NCBI GenBank assembly: GCA_050084515.1
Contig: CM114271.1
Location: 7,440,001-7,504,000 of the forward strand
Direction: 5' to 3'
DNA from: Blasia pusilla
Taxonomy: Eukaryota
DNA length: 64,000 nt
Made by a program: the position numbers and the translations under genes. The notes beneath the pieces were generated by a model, which saw only the letters and a list, made by a program, of their open reading frames with translations, was not told where the DNA came from and did no database searches. Within the stretch, counting starts at the first letter, position 1, and each line of letters starts with the position of its first letter. Shown here one piece after another: positions 50,356-62,345 of the stretch.

Positions 50356-53300
50356 TGTGATACCTCCAATTTTTAGAATTTCAAGGATATGCTCAATTTT
50401 GTAAATAAAGGAGTACAATAGTCTTCAAGAATGAAGACTGAAGACTATATGGCAAGAAAGTTTGTATAGAAAGGGAGTCTTCAATATTATTTTGGTGTAA
50501 TGGAAGAATGAGGAGTATTGGAATTGATTATGAAGATCCTAGGATAAGGCAAAGAGATAGAAAATCAAGGACTTGCCTTGGAGGAGAGGGAAATGAGCTA
50601 ACAAAGTTTGAAGACCAAGAACAAAGCTCGGTAAAGACGGCGAAGCACGATAAAGCCAAGTACTTGGTAACGAAGTACTTGGAGCAAAGACAAAGAACAA
50701 AGTACCTCGAACAAGGACGAGGAGAAAAGTGCTTCGTCAGTTAAGGAAGACGAGGAGGTCAAGACTTCGCAATGAAGGTAGGATTGTCCGCGATTTCAAG
50801 CGGCACACCGTTACAGTAGTTAGGCTAAGAGAGCTAAGACCTGCGGATTCCTAGAGATCATAGGAAGAGTTAAGAGAACCGTAGATTTAATTAGTTAAAA
50901 GATCCCAAGAGGGGCCTACTTAGCAAGAAGCGCTTTAGATCTTTGGTACAGACACCGTTTGATCGGCTATTTAAAGATCATCAAAGTAGTTTCTAGTATC
51001 ATTCTCTTACAACATCCTTATGCTATAGGAATGGTCCGAGCAAGGTAGTAGTGCCCTCGCGCGATTGTAAACACTTTGAAGCTTTCTTGTTCTTGACGGA
51101 ATAGCTGAGACCTCCTTTCTTTACTGTGATGTGCGATGTGTATATGCCTAATCTTCTTGGGTAAGCAGAGTGAGGAGTGGATTGGGAGAACAGTTTTTAC
51201 CAAAACAATAATCAATTGCAAGATGTGAGAAATATTTTTGATAGAGAGTAGCTTGCCGGGACACATTGAGTTCCAAGAGTATGAAGAGCTGTCTCACTGT
51301 TGAGATCTCTGCGAGGTTCTTTGGTGTTGAGTGAGGATCTACGTGAGCATTCGTCCTATTCCACTTGAGAGGACCGATGGAAGGAAATCTTGGTACTTAT
51401 TAAAAGAAGAATGACATGATGAATGTTTGAATCCGACTTGTATACACATATTTTTTACTTTTACATGATAACAAACATATTAAACTCTCTTTTCAGATAA
51501 TAGTGATCTTCTTGGGGATCGAACTTCACACTTATTCATTAAATAGATCATTTTCTATTATCCTTGTACATTACATATAGTACCAAATTCTTTGCGCCGC
51601 TGCCAGGGATGACAAGATTAGATGAGGAGAGAGAGAAAGAGGGTTATGGGTGAAGCAAGCAAGAAGGAAGGAGCCTCCCTACATCCCATACCATGCCACT
51701 TAGTGTTAATAGAAGAACACTTGTTGTCTCTAGTTATCCGCCTTTGGCAGTGGAGTGCTGAAGATAATAATCCCTTGCTGCGCAAGTCTTAGCAAAGATA
51801 GAGCAATTAATTAGTCTTGTCAAGGAACCTATGGCCAAAAGGTGTTCCGTCCACAAATGTCAGCTGCACTTGGTGATGACTCGGTACTTTTGTTCATGGG
51901 AGGAAGTCCTGGCAACATGGTTGCCCAAAAACGGACAAGTCCTTCCTTAGGATGGACATGGACGGACATGTATGGACAAGTCTCGACATGTCCACGGACA
52001 TGTGTCCCAAAAGGTGGGACCCACACTTTTAGTCCATGATGGAAGGCAAGGCAAGGATGAGAGGAGCAATGAGGAAGGAGGGAGTGGAGGTGGAGGGAGG
52101 AAGGAATGGGGGAGTATGAAACACAATGACAAGTAAGGGGAATGAGAAATAAGGGAAATGTGGGGCCATACGGACAAGTCATTCCATAGGACTGACATAA
52201 ATCCACGGACATGGACATGTCCACGGACACGAACTTTATCCACATGCATCCTTGCTTGGCTGCTAGATTGCGAGCATAACCCCATAGAAATTGAGAAGAG
52301 CTAATTGTCCATCCATGGAGTTGCATTTTATAACAATCTTCGGTGAGCAACCAAGATCTGGAACCTCGTGGGGTACCCATGGACGAAGACCGACCATCAG
52401 CTCAGAATCAGAGAGTTGATCGTAGGAACAAGCAGCAAGAGGAACATCCATCCTAGAAACCACCAGGAGTAGCTCCTACTCCTTGTCCTCTTGCAAAGCT
52501 GAAGAGCAAGAAGAGGGACGGAAGTGCTTCACCCCGCACCTCCCCCGTACCTTCAAGGTTAGAGGATGACACAACTTGGAATCCCTTTGGGGATTTGGGG
52601 TATGAGGTACCTACAAGGCCACCGAAGCCTGAACCTATAACTCCCCCTTCACGAAGAACCAGCCGAATACCTAACGGCCAGACACATCAGATGGCCAACA
52701 TTAGGAAAATGCTGTTGAGATATCCCACTTTTGCGGGAGGTTGGAGAGATGATGTGGAAATTTTTGTGCTTGAATTTACCCATGTTATTAAGGCTAATGG
52801 GGAAGGTTCGGAGGAAGAGTTGTTACGGGTCTTTCCAGGTGTGTTGAAGAAACGAGCTACCAGATGGTATGACGGGCTTGAGGTCGATGCCAAAGAGACT
52901 TGGAAGCGGGTCTTGCAAGCCTTCCTACATGAGTTTCGGGACTTGGAGTTCGAGGACCGGCTCCTAACAAAGCTTCGCGACTTGAGGAGGAGGAAGAAGG
53001 AGACCCTGAGGGAGTACACTCAGAGGTTCGAAAGCTTGGTGAATAAATTAAAGCACACCACCACTTCCCAATTGGTGGATTGGTGTGTGTCAAGACTATC
53101 AAAAGAAATGGACCGGTACTGCCGACGGGGCCAACGAGATTTGCAAGAAGGAGTCAATGTGTCCGCAGAAGTATACAAAGCCTCCGAGAAATCCCGAAAA
53201 ACACAAAGACAGCACCATCAACCGCGAGGGTCTTCGCGGACAAGTTCCTTGTCCAAGGATGAAGCGTCCTCCATAGACACCGGATCTTCAACAGACAGTA

Positions 53301-54419
53301 TAAGTGAGTCCTAAGATTTTGGGGAAGACTCCAAAGCTTGTAAAAGAGGAAAGAAAAGCACCATAAGAGTTCCTCAGGGCGTGGGAGAAAAACCAAGTCA
53401 ACAAAGCATGTTAGTTGGAAGTTTATGAGTCTTGCATGCAAGCCAGCAAGGGATGCAAGGAAGTCTACCATTGAGGAATTAACAAAACAAATGGGTGAAT
53501 TAAAAGTGCATCTAGTGGCCCAAAAGGAGCCTTGAAGAAGACCAAGTCTGATGAGACCAAACATGTGGTGCAATGCCTAAGGAAACCAAGGGCATACTGC
53601 GTAGGAATGTCATCTTCAAAGATATATTTTTTTGTTTCAAGAGGACTCAACCCTTGAAGATGGGTGGTACGAAGTGGAGCAATGAGAGGGGTGCTTTGCA
53701 ATCCAAATCGTGGCAATACCTAATCCCGTCCAAAATTGGATTCCAAGGTACATGCCCCCAAAGTATGGTGAATAAAGACCTCTACGGCAGATCATGGGAC
53801 CCTCAACCATCACTCCACGTATCAAAAGGAATTGCTGCTCCAATTGTGGAGCAGCATATCACTAGGCGAATAATTGTCGAAAACCGAAGAGACCAGTGGG
53901 GTTGAATCCCTTGTGTGGAAACTATAAGAAAGGAGGGTATACCGTGGTGGAGTGTCTAGAACCAAAGGTTACTCGGTTGCTGGTGAAGTATGTGGCCACC
54001 CCAACAGCACAAGTTAAGGCCAAGAATGAGGTGAATGTTCAACTAGTACGTGTGGAGAAGATATCTTCTCCGAAAGCGTGTAAAAAGGTTACCATACATG
54101 AGGAGGAGCCCGAAAGAAAGAAGATAGAAGAGTCTTTGGACTAGCCCAAAGAACTCTTGAGCGAAGTCCTTGCGATGACCACGAGGTCGAAAACAAAGCA
54201 TGTCGCAAAGACTAAGACAAAGGATACTTCTTCATCCTCACGCAACAACAAAGACTCACAGAAGAGGAATGAACACTTCCGTGCAGGAAAAGCCATCGTG
54301 AAGGGGGATGTGGACCTAGCCTTTGACCAAAACCATCCTAAGTATTTTCATCACGATGTCGAAGAACGGGTTTGTGCCCAAGTCAACAAGGATCACGCAC
54401 AAGGTTTTGGATTACAAGA
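50356..54419 (+). mobile_element. Athila-like Gypsy fragment 2: 5' LTR 50356-51575, PBS-like site, decayed gag
   Basis: TGTGATACC...ATTACA LTR, TGCGCCGCTGCCAGGGA at ~51593, 239-aa gag ORF 52595-53314 paralogous to fragment 1. Confidence 0.82.
51916..52254. mobile_element. hAT-like MITE, second copy
   Basis: Both ends match those of the 19239/26914 element (inverted), GGACATG repeats, absent from the paralogous leader near 46240; TSD degraded. Confidence 0.6.
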
Positions 54420-54568
54420 TGTGATACCTCCAATTTTGAAAATTTTGAGGATAGGACCAATTTTGTATAAAAGGAGTACAGAAGTCTTCAGGAATGAAGA
54501 TTGAAGACAATATGGAAGTAAAGATTGTATATAAAGAAAGTTCTTCACTATCATTTTGGTGTAATTGA
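54420..54568 (+). repeat. Start of another Athila-like LTR, cut by the Copia insertion
   Basis: TGTGATACCTCCAATTTT start, same as 50356. Confidence 0.8.
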
Positions 54569-57146
54569 TATTGAAGATTGAGTTACAATCAAGCTCATGA
54601 GACATCTGAACTGCTACATTTGGTTCTCACACGAAGTAGGGAAGCTTAATCTTGGTTAGTTAGTTAAGCACGATTATCTTAACTAGGGTTAGTTAATCAT
54701 AGTTAGTCTAACTTGAGACTATGGTTAAGGTTAGGATTAGGATTTCTTGTACATATCCTATATGATCAAGAAGGGGACCAGCCTCCACTCATTCTCTCAT
54801 TGCAAAATTTTTTTCTCCATGGTGGTGTGTAAGTGTGAGCCGTTTTCCACCAATTATGCTTCTGTAGCAATTTTCTACATGGTATCAGAGCGATAGGTGA
54901 ACATCACTTGAAATTCTTGGTGTTTGAGGAGAGAAGAGAGGCATGAGAAGGCACGATTTCAATTTGGTAGAAGGAAATTTTGTTTAGAGGTCAGTGGGTG
55001 CAAATTTCAAGTGGAGCTTTGACGATGATAAAACTTTGGAGGAATTTTTTAGGGATTTCCCGATCAATTTAGCCATATAGTTCTGTTTGTTGTAGAGCTG
55101 ATCAAGAGCTTTCCAACGCATCCAAAATCGATCGATTTTGACATTCTGGGCTCTTGCAGTAGCAATTTCAGTGTAGGAAAGTGCAATTAATGAAGAAAAG
55201 TTTTGCAGTTGGCACTCTACATGCTAATTTTGACTAGTTCTTTCATATAGTTAATCAATTTTGGAAAATTTTAGGTCAAATGTTGTGTAGGAGTGGTCTA
55301 TGCTTCAATTGGAGAGTGGAGAGTCTAAAATTACATTTTTGTGAGTGAAATCGTTCGTCATGGAGTATTTCCTCAACAGCAATCATAGGCGAGAAGCTAG
55401 ATAAGCAGAATTACAATATCTGGAAGTTTTGCATGAAACAATTTCTCATAGGTATGGGAGCTTGTCATAGGTGATGAGGCCAAGCCAGAAGGTGACTCAA
55501 CAGACTTGAATGTTCGTGCTTGGAACCAACGCGCAAGGCAAGTGATCCAGTATATTTCAAGAACGATCGGTTGGCCAATGATAGGTAACATTTAAGATGT
55601 TGATACTTTGAAGGAGGCATGGGATGCATTGGAAAAGTTGTTCCAGACATCTATAAAGGCCTGAAATCTTCAATTGAAGCAGCAATTGAACAAAGTGAGG
55701 AAAGGATTGCAGAGCATCAATAATTATATTTTGAGTATCAGACATATTGTTGATTAGTTGAATAGCATTGGAGTGACAGTAGAAGATGATGACCTGATTT
55801 TGTTCACTCTTCAAGGCCTTTCAAAGGATTACAAGTCCTTTGAGATCTCTATCTCAGTAAGAGAAATATCCAACCTTTCAAGAGTTAGTTCCACTGTTAA
55901 TCAATGAAGAGATGCGCCTAATAGGCAGCGGTAGCTCGTCTAGTCTACAAGAGAGTGCGCTATTTGTACGTTATGGATCAAACAGAGGCAAGGGTCACGG
56001 TAGAAGCTTCCGTGGTTGTGGTGGATATCAAACATATGGAGGAGGAGACACTCAATATAATGTCACTCAATCGACTATGAATCAATTTCAAACATAATCA
56101 CAAGGTTGTGATAGTAGAATTTAACCATTGGGGTTAAGGTCATCAGTAGAGGGTCCCTGGATCTTGCAATTACTGTGAGATAAATCGTGACTATGCAAAG
56201 TTTTGTTTCAAGAAGAAGGTAGATATGAGAATAGGAGCCTTATAACAACAAAATTATGTGGAGCAACAATACCAAGGGCACTACAAAGAACAACAACATT
56301 TACAAATTGAGCATCTCTTGGTCATGACTAATCATATGGGAGCAATTGTCAAGAAAGACTCGACAATAGATTGGTAAATTGACTCTGGTGCATCAAATCA
56401 CATGACCTCACAAGCTAAATTTTTCAGTAGTATGGAGCCAGTGAAAGATCTTGCAATTATGCTTATAGGAGATGACTCTCAGTATCATATCACGCATACC
56501 GATAAAGTTCCAATAGCATCAGATGGTCTTTGTGCTCTTGGAAATTTTCTCTATGTTCCTACCATTGCAAGAACTTGATCTATGTAAGACACATAGTAGA
56601 ACAGGGTTATCAAGTGAAGTTTAACATATATGGTTGTTTCATTGAAACAATGGATGACCAGACTATGATAATCAAAGGAACTAGATCTGGCAGAATATTC
56701 AAATTAGATGTTTCTATGCCAGAGATTCAAACAATAATGTATGGTCAAACTGGCCAACAAATCACATATCTAAATGTGTGGCATAAAAGAATTCGACATA
56801 TGAATCTTCAAAGATTACAAAGTCTTTCATCATCTAATCTAGTAATAGGAATTCATAAATTAGCGAGTCCTGCTACGTTAGAGGTATGTCCTTCTTGCCT
56901 ATTTGGAAAAAAAACTACGTTTCCTTTTCCAAAGCAAGATAGAAGAACATCCAAGATATTGGAGTTGATTCGCAGTGATGTGTGGACATCATTACAACAT
57001 AGTCTAAATGGTTGGCAATACTTTGTTTCATTTATTGATGACTTCTCTAGGTATATATGGGTATACTTTCTGAAAGCCAAGTCAAAGGTATTCTCAATGT
57101 TCCAAACATTCAGAGTTCTAGTAGAGAAGTAGACTAGAGAATACAT
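54569..57146 (+). mobile_element. Ty1/Copia copy 2 (5' LTR 54569-54879, PBS, gag-PR-start of integrase), 3'-truncated
   Basis: PBS TGGTATCAGAGC at 54880-54891; colinear with copy 1; WHKRIRH...FIDDFSRYIWVYFLK. Confidence 0.92.
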
Positions 57147-60100
57147 GGTCACGTCCTTTAGGATAGATCGGTGAGATCTAGTAGAGCGTCTTCAAGAGTA
57201 GTGGAGGACAGGCCTGGATAGTCCTTTTGGGTCTGCAACGTGAAAAGTGAAATCAGACAAACCTTTCTCATCAATGGAATAATCAATATGGAGTTGTATG
57301 AAATCTGTTTGACAGAGAGTAGCCTGCCAAGACGGATTGGGTTCCGAAAGTAGGAGAAGCCAACCTTCTTGTTGAGATCTCTGTGAGGTTCCTAGATGCC
57401 GAGAGAACAAATTGCCTGAGCGTGATTTAAATTCCACTAGAGAGAATTGAAGAAGAAAACATGGGTACGAAGAAAGATCGGAAAATGTTACTGGAATACT
57501 ACATTTGAATTACATAATCAACCACACTACTTTTACAACATAATCATCACTTTATCCTCTCTTTTCATCCAACAATGATCCTCTAAAAATGACTGTAAAT
57601 TAGAAACACTTGTACATTACAGGATGTATACCCCTCCCCTCTCCCAAGCTCTCTCCATGGTAACCTATTCTCCCAAGTCACCTCTTTGGCTCTTGACGTG
57701 ATGTAGGAGGTCAAGGGCCACTTACCAAAAATAGAAATTTGATCATATACTAAAAATGGTACTTACCTAAAATAGTAAGTTTCTCAATATGGCTCCAAGT
57801 GAGCCAAAACGAAGAGAAAACCTGCTCTTTCAAGTTTCTCGGGGCCTCAGTAGGTTATCCTCGACCTCCTAGGCCGAAGCTCTTCATTCTTCTTTCTTCA
57901 CTCTCTTCGTGCTTCGCATAAGAGCAAAGTACTAACTTCTTTTATTCTGTAGGCTTCGTTATAGAGCGAAGTACTTCGTGTACAGAGCTTTGTTGAGCTT
58001 TGCTAAGCTTCGTTAAGCTTTGTTAAGCTTTGTTAAGCTTTGCGTTGGTCCTTTATACTTCGTTACTGCTTTTGCTTCTCCTCTAAGGCAAATCCTTGAT
58101 CTTCCATCTCTCTGCCTTGTCTTAGGAGCTTCGTGATTCACTTGAATCTTACTCTTTCTTCTCCATAATCGTATATAATAATAAAAACCATAATGTACAA
58201 GAGTCTTTGTTCAATAAAAAGATAAATTTCTTCCGAAGTACAAAATTGTGGGTATCACATATCCCAAGGAGAGAGAGCTTGAGAGCTCATTCTCTCTTTG
58301 TTGAACCTCTTGGCATGAGGCGGCAGAGCTATGTTCCCTTGCCTTGTGAGTGTAACCCAAGCCTCTCATTAGGAGAGTGGGTTTGGTTTGACATGAGAGA
58401 GAGTGCACACCTTTGAGAGTTATGGTGTGAGATGGTATAGAGAGAGATTGGATCTTACTTTAGAAAAAGAGAGAATGAGAGAATGCGAGAATGCGAGAGT
58501 GAGAGAGCTTCATGGGGGAGCTCGCTGGTCACTCGCTGTTTTTGCAGGTTGGTGACCGTGTTCCTCATTCAATGGCTCATGGGAGTGCTCATCGGAGCAA
58601 GGGTTGCTTGGATTGTTCTTTGCATTTGTCAATTTTTGTGTGGAGGAATGGCGCGCGGAAGCGCTGCCCAATTTCTGATAGGGATTGAGTATGGGGGTGG
58701 GTTGCCCCATGCCGGTGCTTTCAAGAGCACCATGTCGCTTTCTGATTTGCAATTTTATAGGTTTTACATTTTTGTTGGGAGGAATCAGCGCGAAAGCGCT
58801 GCCGAATTTTGTGTAGGAGAAAGAAACATTGGTCTTTACGACAGTCCCCGTCAGTTTTTACTAGAATGTCCAATTCTAAATATTTTTACATACTAGCATA
58901 GATCGTGAAGCTCTGCACGCTATGCAACAAACAATGCGCAATTTGAAGTTGCGAGAAAAAAGTTATGATCAATCTTGCAAAACTACCAGTGCTAGGCGAT
59001 TTTTAGGGTTAAATTATGCAAACCCTAAACCAGCCGCCACACCGGCGGCGGCCGTCACCGTCATAGTCACCGTCAACCATCAACCTTCACCGTCAATGGT
59101 CAACCATCACAGTCACCGTTCGGCCATCACCATCAAAGGTCAATGGTCCACCGTCCGTTGTCCACCCTTGGTTGCCATTGCCGCCGTTACAGAGTGGAGG
59201 GTCTTCCACAACGTTCGTTGATTCTCGGACTTGCGTCGCCATCACGTACTTTGTTTTGGCCGCCACCATCATCAACCTGTGATGGCATATGACCTCCCGT
59301 TATAGTGTTTGAGTTTTGATTTCTTGCTGCTATGTTGTGATTGGTAGCCGCTCAACGACGATCGGGTACCGTGCCGTGACGCCCGTAGCCGCAACGCGCC
59401 GCCGATTTCCGCGCCTTGCCGCTCCTGGCCGCACTGCACCATCTTGATCACGGAGCCGCTCCAGCATTGTGGAGCAGAGTGTGGATTTATTGTTGATTGA
59501 GGAGGGTATGCCGCCGAGTGCCGCATCCCATCATCGAGGGCCGTGCCGTTCAGAGCCGCCGCGCGCCGCAACGCCGCACCGTTCCGCTGGAACTGCACCG
59601 TCTATCGAGGAGTTTTGAGCAACGTCAATACGGGAGGAGTATGACTTGCTGATTGGAGGAGTTGTCTCCACGACCGAGTTGGGGTCGAGATTCGCAGTTG
59701 CTGAGGAGCGACATCGACATGTGTTCAGGTTACACATTCTGGTCCTTTACCCTGCACGTGTGAGGGATTCTGGGATTTTGGTAGTTTATTTGGGGATATT
59801 GGGTGTGTGGATGCTGAGAGCATCATTTATGTATGTGATTTAGGGGACATAGACATATGTGGGATGTCCAGAGTTGAGGGTAGGTTGTCGATGAGATGAT
59901 AGCCTGGTCGATTTGCCGCACCACGCCGCTTATTGCCGCACGTTACATGTCTCGGGGAGGGAGAGTGTAGATCGAGGGCCGCATGTTTGGGATGAGTGAT
60001 TGAGGGATTACTCATGAGGCAAGAGTGATCGGGTGAGAAGGGCATGAGGGTCATCACGACATTGGTTTGGGACTTTGAGAGGCGAGGTGGTGAACCCGAG

Positions 60101-61078
60101 AGTAGCTCTAGAGGTTTTACGCGGAGTGGCGTGAGGTTCCGAGGGTCTTCACTTCAGGGACCACCTCGATCTCCTTGTGTGTCATCGTCAGACAAGGGGA
60201 GGGTGTAGAGGAATTTGTGAGCACATCGCCACACATTGTGAGTGGTCCTACCCGTTGGGCGTACGAGATGGACAACCGGGATAGAGGACCACGTAGGTTT
60301 TCAGGTGCAGTAGATACAATTGAGTTGCATGATTTCATAGCAGAGTTTAGGAGTTGGTGCGACTCCCAGCGGGCCAGGAACTCTAGAGAGTTTAACCCGT
60401 TTACAGCATGGAACGGTATGTTCCAGTATTTAGAGGGGGCACCCATGGACGATTACCATGAGTTTTCCCACAGATATGCCCAGGAGATTGAGGCATGGCG
60501 ACTCTACTACGACCCACACTATGTGTCATGGACGGAGCCGTTCCTAGATAAAGAGGAGGAGTCACAAGAGGCTACTTCCTCTTCCACAAGTGATGTTTTA
60601 GGAGGGGTCATTTGCACTGGAGCAGTTGCACCGTCTAGTCGGGTTCGTCCCAGGTTCAACCCCGTGGTTGAGTTCTTTGCTAAGTTGAGGGCGAGCTACC
60701 AACGGCTACGGACAGAAAAGTTGCGGAGCATCCACAACTTCCACAGGCGCCCGGGTGAGAGTTTACGTGAGGCTTACACTCGCTTGCGCCGGTTGATCAA
60801 CGTCACTCAGGGGATGACATAGGCTCAGGCTATACAGTACGCGATGTTGGACCAGATCTTGCGGCCACGGGTGCGGGAGGGGGTGCTTCTTATGAACACC
60901 TCCCCTACGTTGAGAGATGTTTTTAGGACCGCCAAGAACATTGAGCGCAACATGGCGGAGGAGAGCGTAGCCACCATGGGTTCTAGGCGAGAGCAGTCAC
61001 GATTGGTTGCACCACCTGTGCAACAACGTGGACTCTAAGATAGGTCAACTGTGGCACCACGAGCTCAGGGAGGATACC
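57147..61078 (+). mobile_element. DNMT-Gypsy family copy C: 5' terminus, long leader and N-terminal gag only
   Basis: Start matches 27746. gag MDNRDRGPRRFSG...YLEGAPMDDY...REAYTRLRRLINVTQ matches copies A and B. Contains a rearranged foreign LTR (57210-58259). Confidence 0.82.
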
Positions 61079-61079
61079 G

Positions 61080-62345
61080 GAAGTCCACACGAAAGATAGG
61101 CAAAGGAAACATCACAAGTAAGCGGCTCTTGCTCCGATGAGCACTCAAGGTTTGAGAGTTCACATGTGCCTTCGGGAATTTCTCCGATGATGAGGTTGCT
61201 TGATACATTGAGAGTTGAATCAAAGTGCCAACATCATCGGGGATGTTGCCATTGAAAGAATTCTTGCTCAAGTCAAGATACATACAGAAGACCGATGAGG
61301 TTGCCAATGTTTCTTGGACTTTGCCCACTCAAGGCATTGTGACTTAAGTTCAGAGTCTGCATTTGATGCCAATTGACACTCTGAGAGAGCAATCCAACTA
61401 TGGTGCCAGTGAATCTATTCCGTTGCAAATTTAGCTCCACGACTCCCAACAACTATATCAGAGAATAGGGTGTTTCACCCATGAGCTGATTTTCACTCAC
61501 ATCCAGGTGAGAAAGATTGCTCAGGTTTCCTAGCCTATCAAGCAAGGGGCATGAGAGTTGATTCCCCGTCAAGATGAGCTTCACCAAGTTTCCTATATTA
61601 TCGAGATCTGGAGGAATAGTCCCAGTGAAATGATTGTATGCTTGGTTCAAACCTTGCAGCTTGTGGGCCTCCCCCAACTAGGCAAGAATAGAACCCGTGA
61701 GTCTACTATTTGAAAAGTCCAACCTCATGAGGTTGGTAAGCCTGGCGAGCTCCGCTCAAACAGGTCCCATGAATTGATTGCACGCCAAGATCAACTCCAC
61801 AACCACAACACAGACTCCCATCTGAGGAGGGATTTTTCCCAATAGATTTTTGTAAGAGAGGTTGAGCATTCCGTGATGCTGGATGAATCTTGACACTGGA
61901 ATAGCAATTGCTTGAAAATCTGCGCATATCGTACTTGGAATAGGAACAAATAGCTTATTGTTGGAGACCATCAAATAGTCCAAGTTCATGAGCTGCCCTA
62001 TCCCGGCAGGTATGGGGCCAATGAGTGTGTCCGACTACAAAAGAATGGGTCTATCCAGCCTGTTACGGCTAAAAAAAATTGCTGCAATTAGAAGAGACTC
62101 CCGGAGCATTAAGGAATGGCACCTAGGAATCCATTCGCATAAAAATCGAGCTCTGCGAGTGTAGTGAGGTGAGTGAGAGTGCAAGAGAGGAACCTATCAA
62201 AGTAGAATGGAAATATTGAGCCCATTAACCCTAACTTGTCTAGAGAAGATGCCACACAAAATAGAAACCTGTCCGGATCATCAACTTCCCTCTTGAACTC
62301 CAACAGCAGCAGCACGAGAGCATTGGATTCACAATAGCATTGCAT
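61080..62345 (-). pseudogene. LRR receptor-like kinase ectodomain fragment, EMS1/EXS-like
   Basis: Plant LRRs plus the island-like stretch ICADFQAIAIPVSRFIQHHGMLNLSY and KLQGLNQAYN...LVKLILTGN, as I recall them from EMS1; stops, frameshifts, no TM or kinase domain. Confidence 0.8.

Noticed and set aside
44545-54568. Tandem gag-only (TR-GAG-like) array LTR-gag-LTR-gag-LTR
   Set aside because: There is no PPT before the downstream LTRs and the two gags break at different positions, so nested insertion fits better.
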